From Nitrospinaceae bacterium (GTDB lineage Bacteria; Nitrospinota; Nitrospinia; Nitrospinales; Nitrospinaceae), in NCBI GenBank assembly GCA_965237905.1, contig OZ250172.1, forward strand, positions 608,001 to 672,000: a DNA stretch of 64,000 nt, read 5' to 3'. The translations under genes and the position numbers were made by a program. A model generated the notes under the pieces. It worked only from the letters and a program-made list of their open reading frames with translations. It searched no databases and was not told where the DNA came from. Positions 62,103 to 64,000 of this stretch are shown here, piece after piece (positions within the stretch are counted from its first letter, which is position 1; every line of letters begins with the position of its first letter).

Positions 62103-62600
62103 TTACTTTTTGTTTACGATTTTCGTATTGCCCAGAAAATTCACGCTGAACACGTTCGGCTCGGGATAGACCAAAAGATCTTCCTTGGTCGCAATATATG
62201 TTTTCCGATCGTAATCGGCGAGCTCGTAATGCTCCCGCAGGACCACCGCGTCCACCGGACACGCCTCTTCGCAGTACCCGCAGTAAATGCAACGCAGGAG
62301 GTTGATCTCGTACACTTCCGCGTACCGTTCCCCCTTGGACACGGGGTTGTTGGGATCGTTCTCCGCCGAAACCACGTGGATGCAATTCACGGGACAATTG
62401 ATGGAGCACAGACTGCACCCGATGCACTTTTCCAGACCCTCTTCGTCCCGGTTCAGGAAATGACGCCCGCGGTAACGGTCCGGCATCACCCGTTTGTGTT
62501 CCGGATACTGAAAGGTAACCGGCTTCGACAGCATATTTTTGAAAGTGACGCCCATCCCCACCATCAGGTTGTAGGCACCTTTAATCACAGCTTTTATCAT
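62103..62600 (-). CDS. nuoI: NADH-quinone oxidoreductase subunit I
   Basis: Two 4Fe-4S motifs, CIGCSLC...CP and CIYCGYCEEACP. Confidence 0.96.
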   Translation of the reverse strand: MIKAVIKGAYNLMVGMGVTFKNMLSKPVTFQYPEHKRVMPDRYRGRHFLNRDEEGLEKCIGCSLCSINCPVNCIHVVSAENDPNNPVSKGERYAEVYEINLLRCIYCGYCEEACPVDAVVLREHYELADYDRKTYIATKEDLLVYPEPNVFSVNFLGNTKIVNKK

Positions 62601-62610
62601 AAAAAATACC

Positions 62611-63636
62611 TCAGGCGGTTATTAAGTACACCTTGACCGCACTATAAAACAACATAATGACCAGGGACAACGGCAGAAGAAACTTCCATCCGAACGTCAT
62701 CAACCGATCGTACCGGATGCGCGGAAAGGTCGACCGCAACCAGATGAACACACACAATAATAAAAATACCTTGAACGCGAATACCAGGATGGGAATATCC
62801 AAACCGATATAGGAATTCCATCCGCCCAAAAACAGAATCGTCACCAGGGCGCTCATGGTGATCATGTTGATATATTCACCCATGAAGAACATGGCGAATT
62901 TCATACCCGAATATTCGGTGAAAAACCCGGCCACCAGTTCCTGCTCCGCTTCCGGCAAATCGAACGGCGCCCGGTTGGTTTCCGCCACGCCGGCAATAAA
63001 AAATAATACGAACGCCGGGAACAGGGGAATCGCATAAGGCATGTCGCTTTGGCTCTTCACGATATCGTACAGGTTGAGCGACCCGCTCATGATCACCACG
63101 CTCAAGGCCGTCAGGCCGAGCGTCAATTCATAACTGATCATCTGCGCTGAAGAGCGCAAACCGCCCATCAGCGAATATTTATTGTTCGACGAAAACCCGG
63201 CAAGCACGATGCCATAAATGCCCATCGACGAAATAGCGAAGATGAACAGGAGACCGATGTTGAGGTTCGCTCCCCACAGTCCAATGGACTGCCCGCCCAC
63301 TTCGAAAGGCTCGCCGAATGGTATCGCGGCGAACGTCACGATCGCCGTAAATCCCACGATGGCCGGTGCCAGATAGAATAAAAATTTATCCGCCGAACTC
63401 TGGACGATGTTTTCCTTGAACAGCAGTTTCACCACATCGGCCACTGCCTGCCCCAGTCCCAACGGTCCAACGCGGTTGGGTCCGAGGCGCACTTGGAACC
63501 GCCCCATCAACCGCCGCTCCAGCCATACCAGAAGCGGCACCGTGGACAACAATCCGATCGCAATGATCACCGCTTTCACAGCGCCGATGATCAGCCACCA
63601 GTACGGGTCCAGGAAATTTAGGATGTCGTCGATCAA
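62611..63636 (-). CDS. nuoH: NADH-quinone oxidoreductase subunit H
   Basis: GPNRVGPLG, ETNRAPFDLPEAE and PRIRYD motifs. Confidence 0.97.
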   Translation of the reverse strand: MIDDILNFLDPYWWLIIGAVKAVIIAIGLLSTVPLLVWLERRLMGRFQVRLGPNRVGPLGLGQAVADVVKLLFKENIVQSSADKFLFYLAPAIVGFTAIVTFAAIPFGEPFEVGGQSIGLWGANLNIGLLFIFAISSMGIYGIVLAGFSSNNKYSLMGGLRSSAQMISYELTLGLTALSVVIMSGSLNLYDIVKSQSDMPYAIPLFPAFVLFFIAGVAETNRAPFDLPEAEQELVAGFFTEYSGMKFAMFFMGEYINMITMSALVTILFLGGWNSYIGLDIPILVFAFKVFLLLCVFIWLRSTFPRIRYDRLMTFGWKFLLPLSLVIMLFYSAVKVYLITA

Positions 63637-63662
63637 TGCAAATCCTTTCGAACTATCAAAAA

Positions 63663-64000
63663 TTATTTTTTAATCGTCACCCAGCTGACAGCTTTCCCTG
63701 CTTCGGCCAGAGACATCACTCCCTGTTCGTCGGAAACTTTCGGAAGCACTACGCCGCCCGGATTACACCGGTTGGACACGCGGACTTCGGCTCTCACTTC
63801 ATGGCCGTTGCCAGTGACGCGCACCTCGTCGCCTTCCTTCACGCCGAACGTGCTGGCATCGCTTTCATGCAGATGAACGGTGGCCGGCTGGAACTGATGC
63901 GCCAGATTCGACTCCGCATCGAGAATCTTGTCGTGACTGAACAACACATCCGCCACGCGCAGGACCAATCCATTGCCCGTGAGGGTTCCTTCGAGTGCGG
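63663..64000 (-). CDS. nuoG: C-terminal part of NuoG-like subunit (molybdopterin-dinucleotide-binding-like domain), runs off the window end
   Basis: Frame is open to 64000; LH..DA..FGV.EGD.V.V motif; directly upstream of nuoH. Confidence 0.7.
   Translation of the reverse strand, partial: ALEGTLTGNGLVLRVADVLFSHDKILDAESNLAHQFQPATVHLHESDASTFGVKEGDEVRVTGNGHEVRAEVRVSNRCNPGGVVLPKVSDEQGVMSLAEAGKAVSWVTIKK

Overview
Bacterial chromosomal window, mostly housekeeping genes: gatB, bcp, aminopeptidase P, uvrB, mreBCD-mrdA, ppiD, thiD-thiN fusion, glmS with two GlmU-type genes, mtaB, smpB, hisB/hisH, dxs/ispA, nhaD, comF, argD, tgt, sfsA and the nuoG-H-I-J-K-L-M end of a complex I operon. The overall gene set resembles a Nitrospina-like (Nitrospinota) organism, but that is an unverified impression. 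The window begins with the 5' part of a sucrose synthase gene (1..879, minus) that the ORF track missed. Three accessory regions stand out. (1) About 3.7-8.2 kb, between an SDR gene and gatB: AT-rich cargo genes are separated by diverged copies of the SDR and arsC 3' ends, a duplicated ~60-nt leader and a 24-bp palindromic repeat. This looks like a cassette-style insertion hotspot with no recombinase nearby. (2) About 45.4-49.9 kb: a DUF2235/Tle1-like lipase plus a frameshifted, repeat-rich membrane pentapeptide protein, next to a REP-like cluster. (3) About 51.1-55.0 kb: an AT-rich islet with a degenerate tRNA 3' half, a methyltransferase and an osmoprotectant/ergothioneine-type ABC importer. 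No rRNA, intact tRNA, CRISPR array, transposase or integrase was found.
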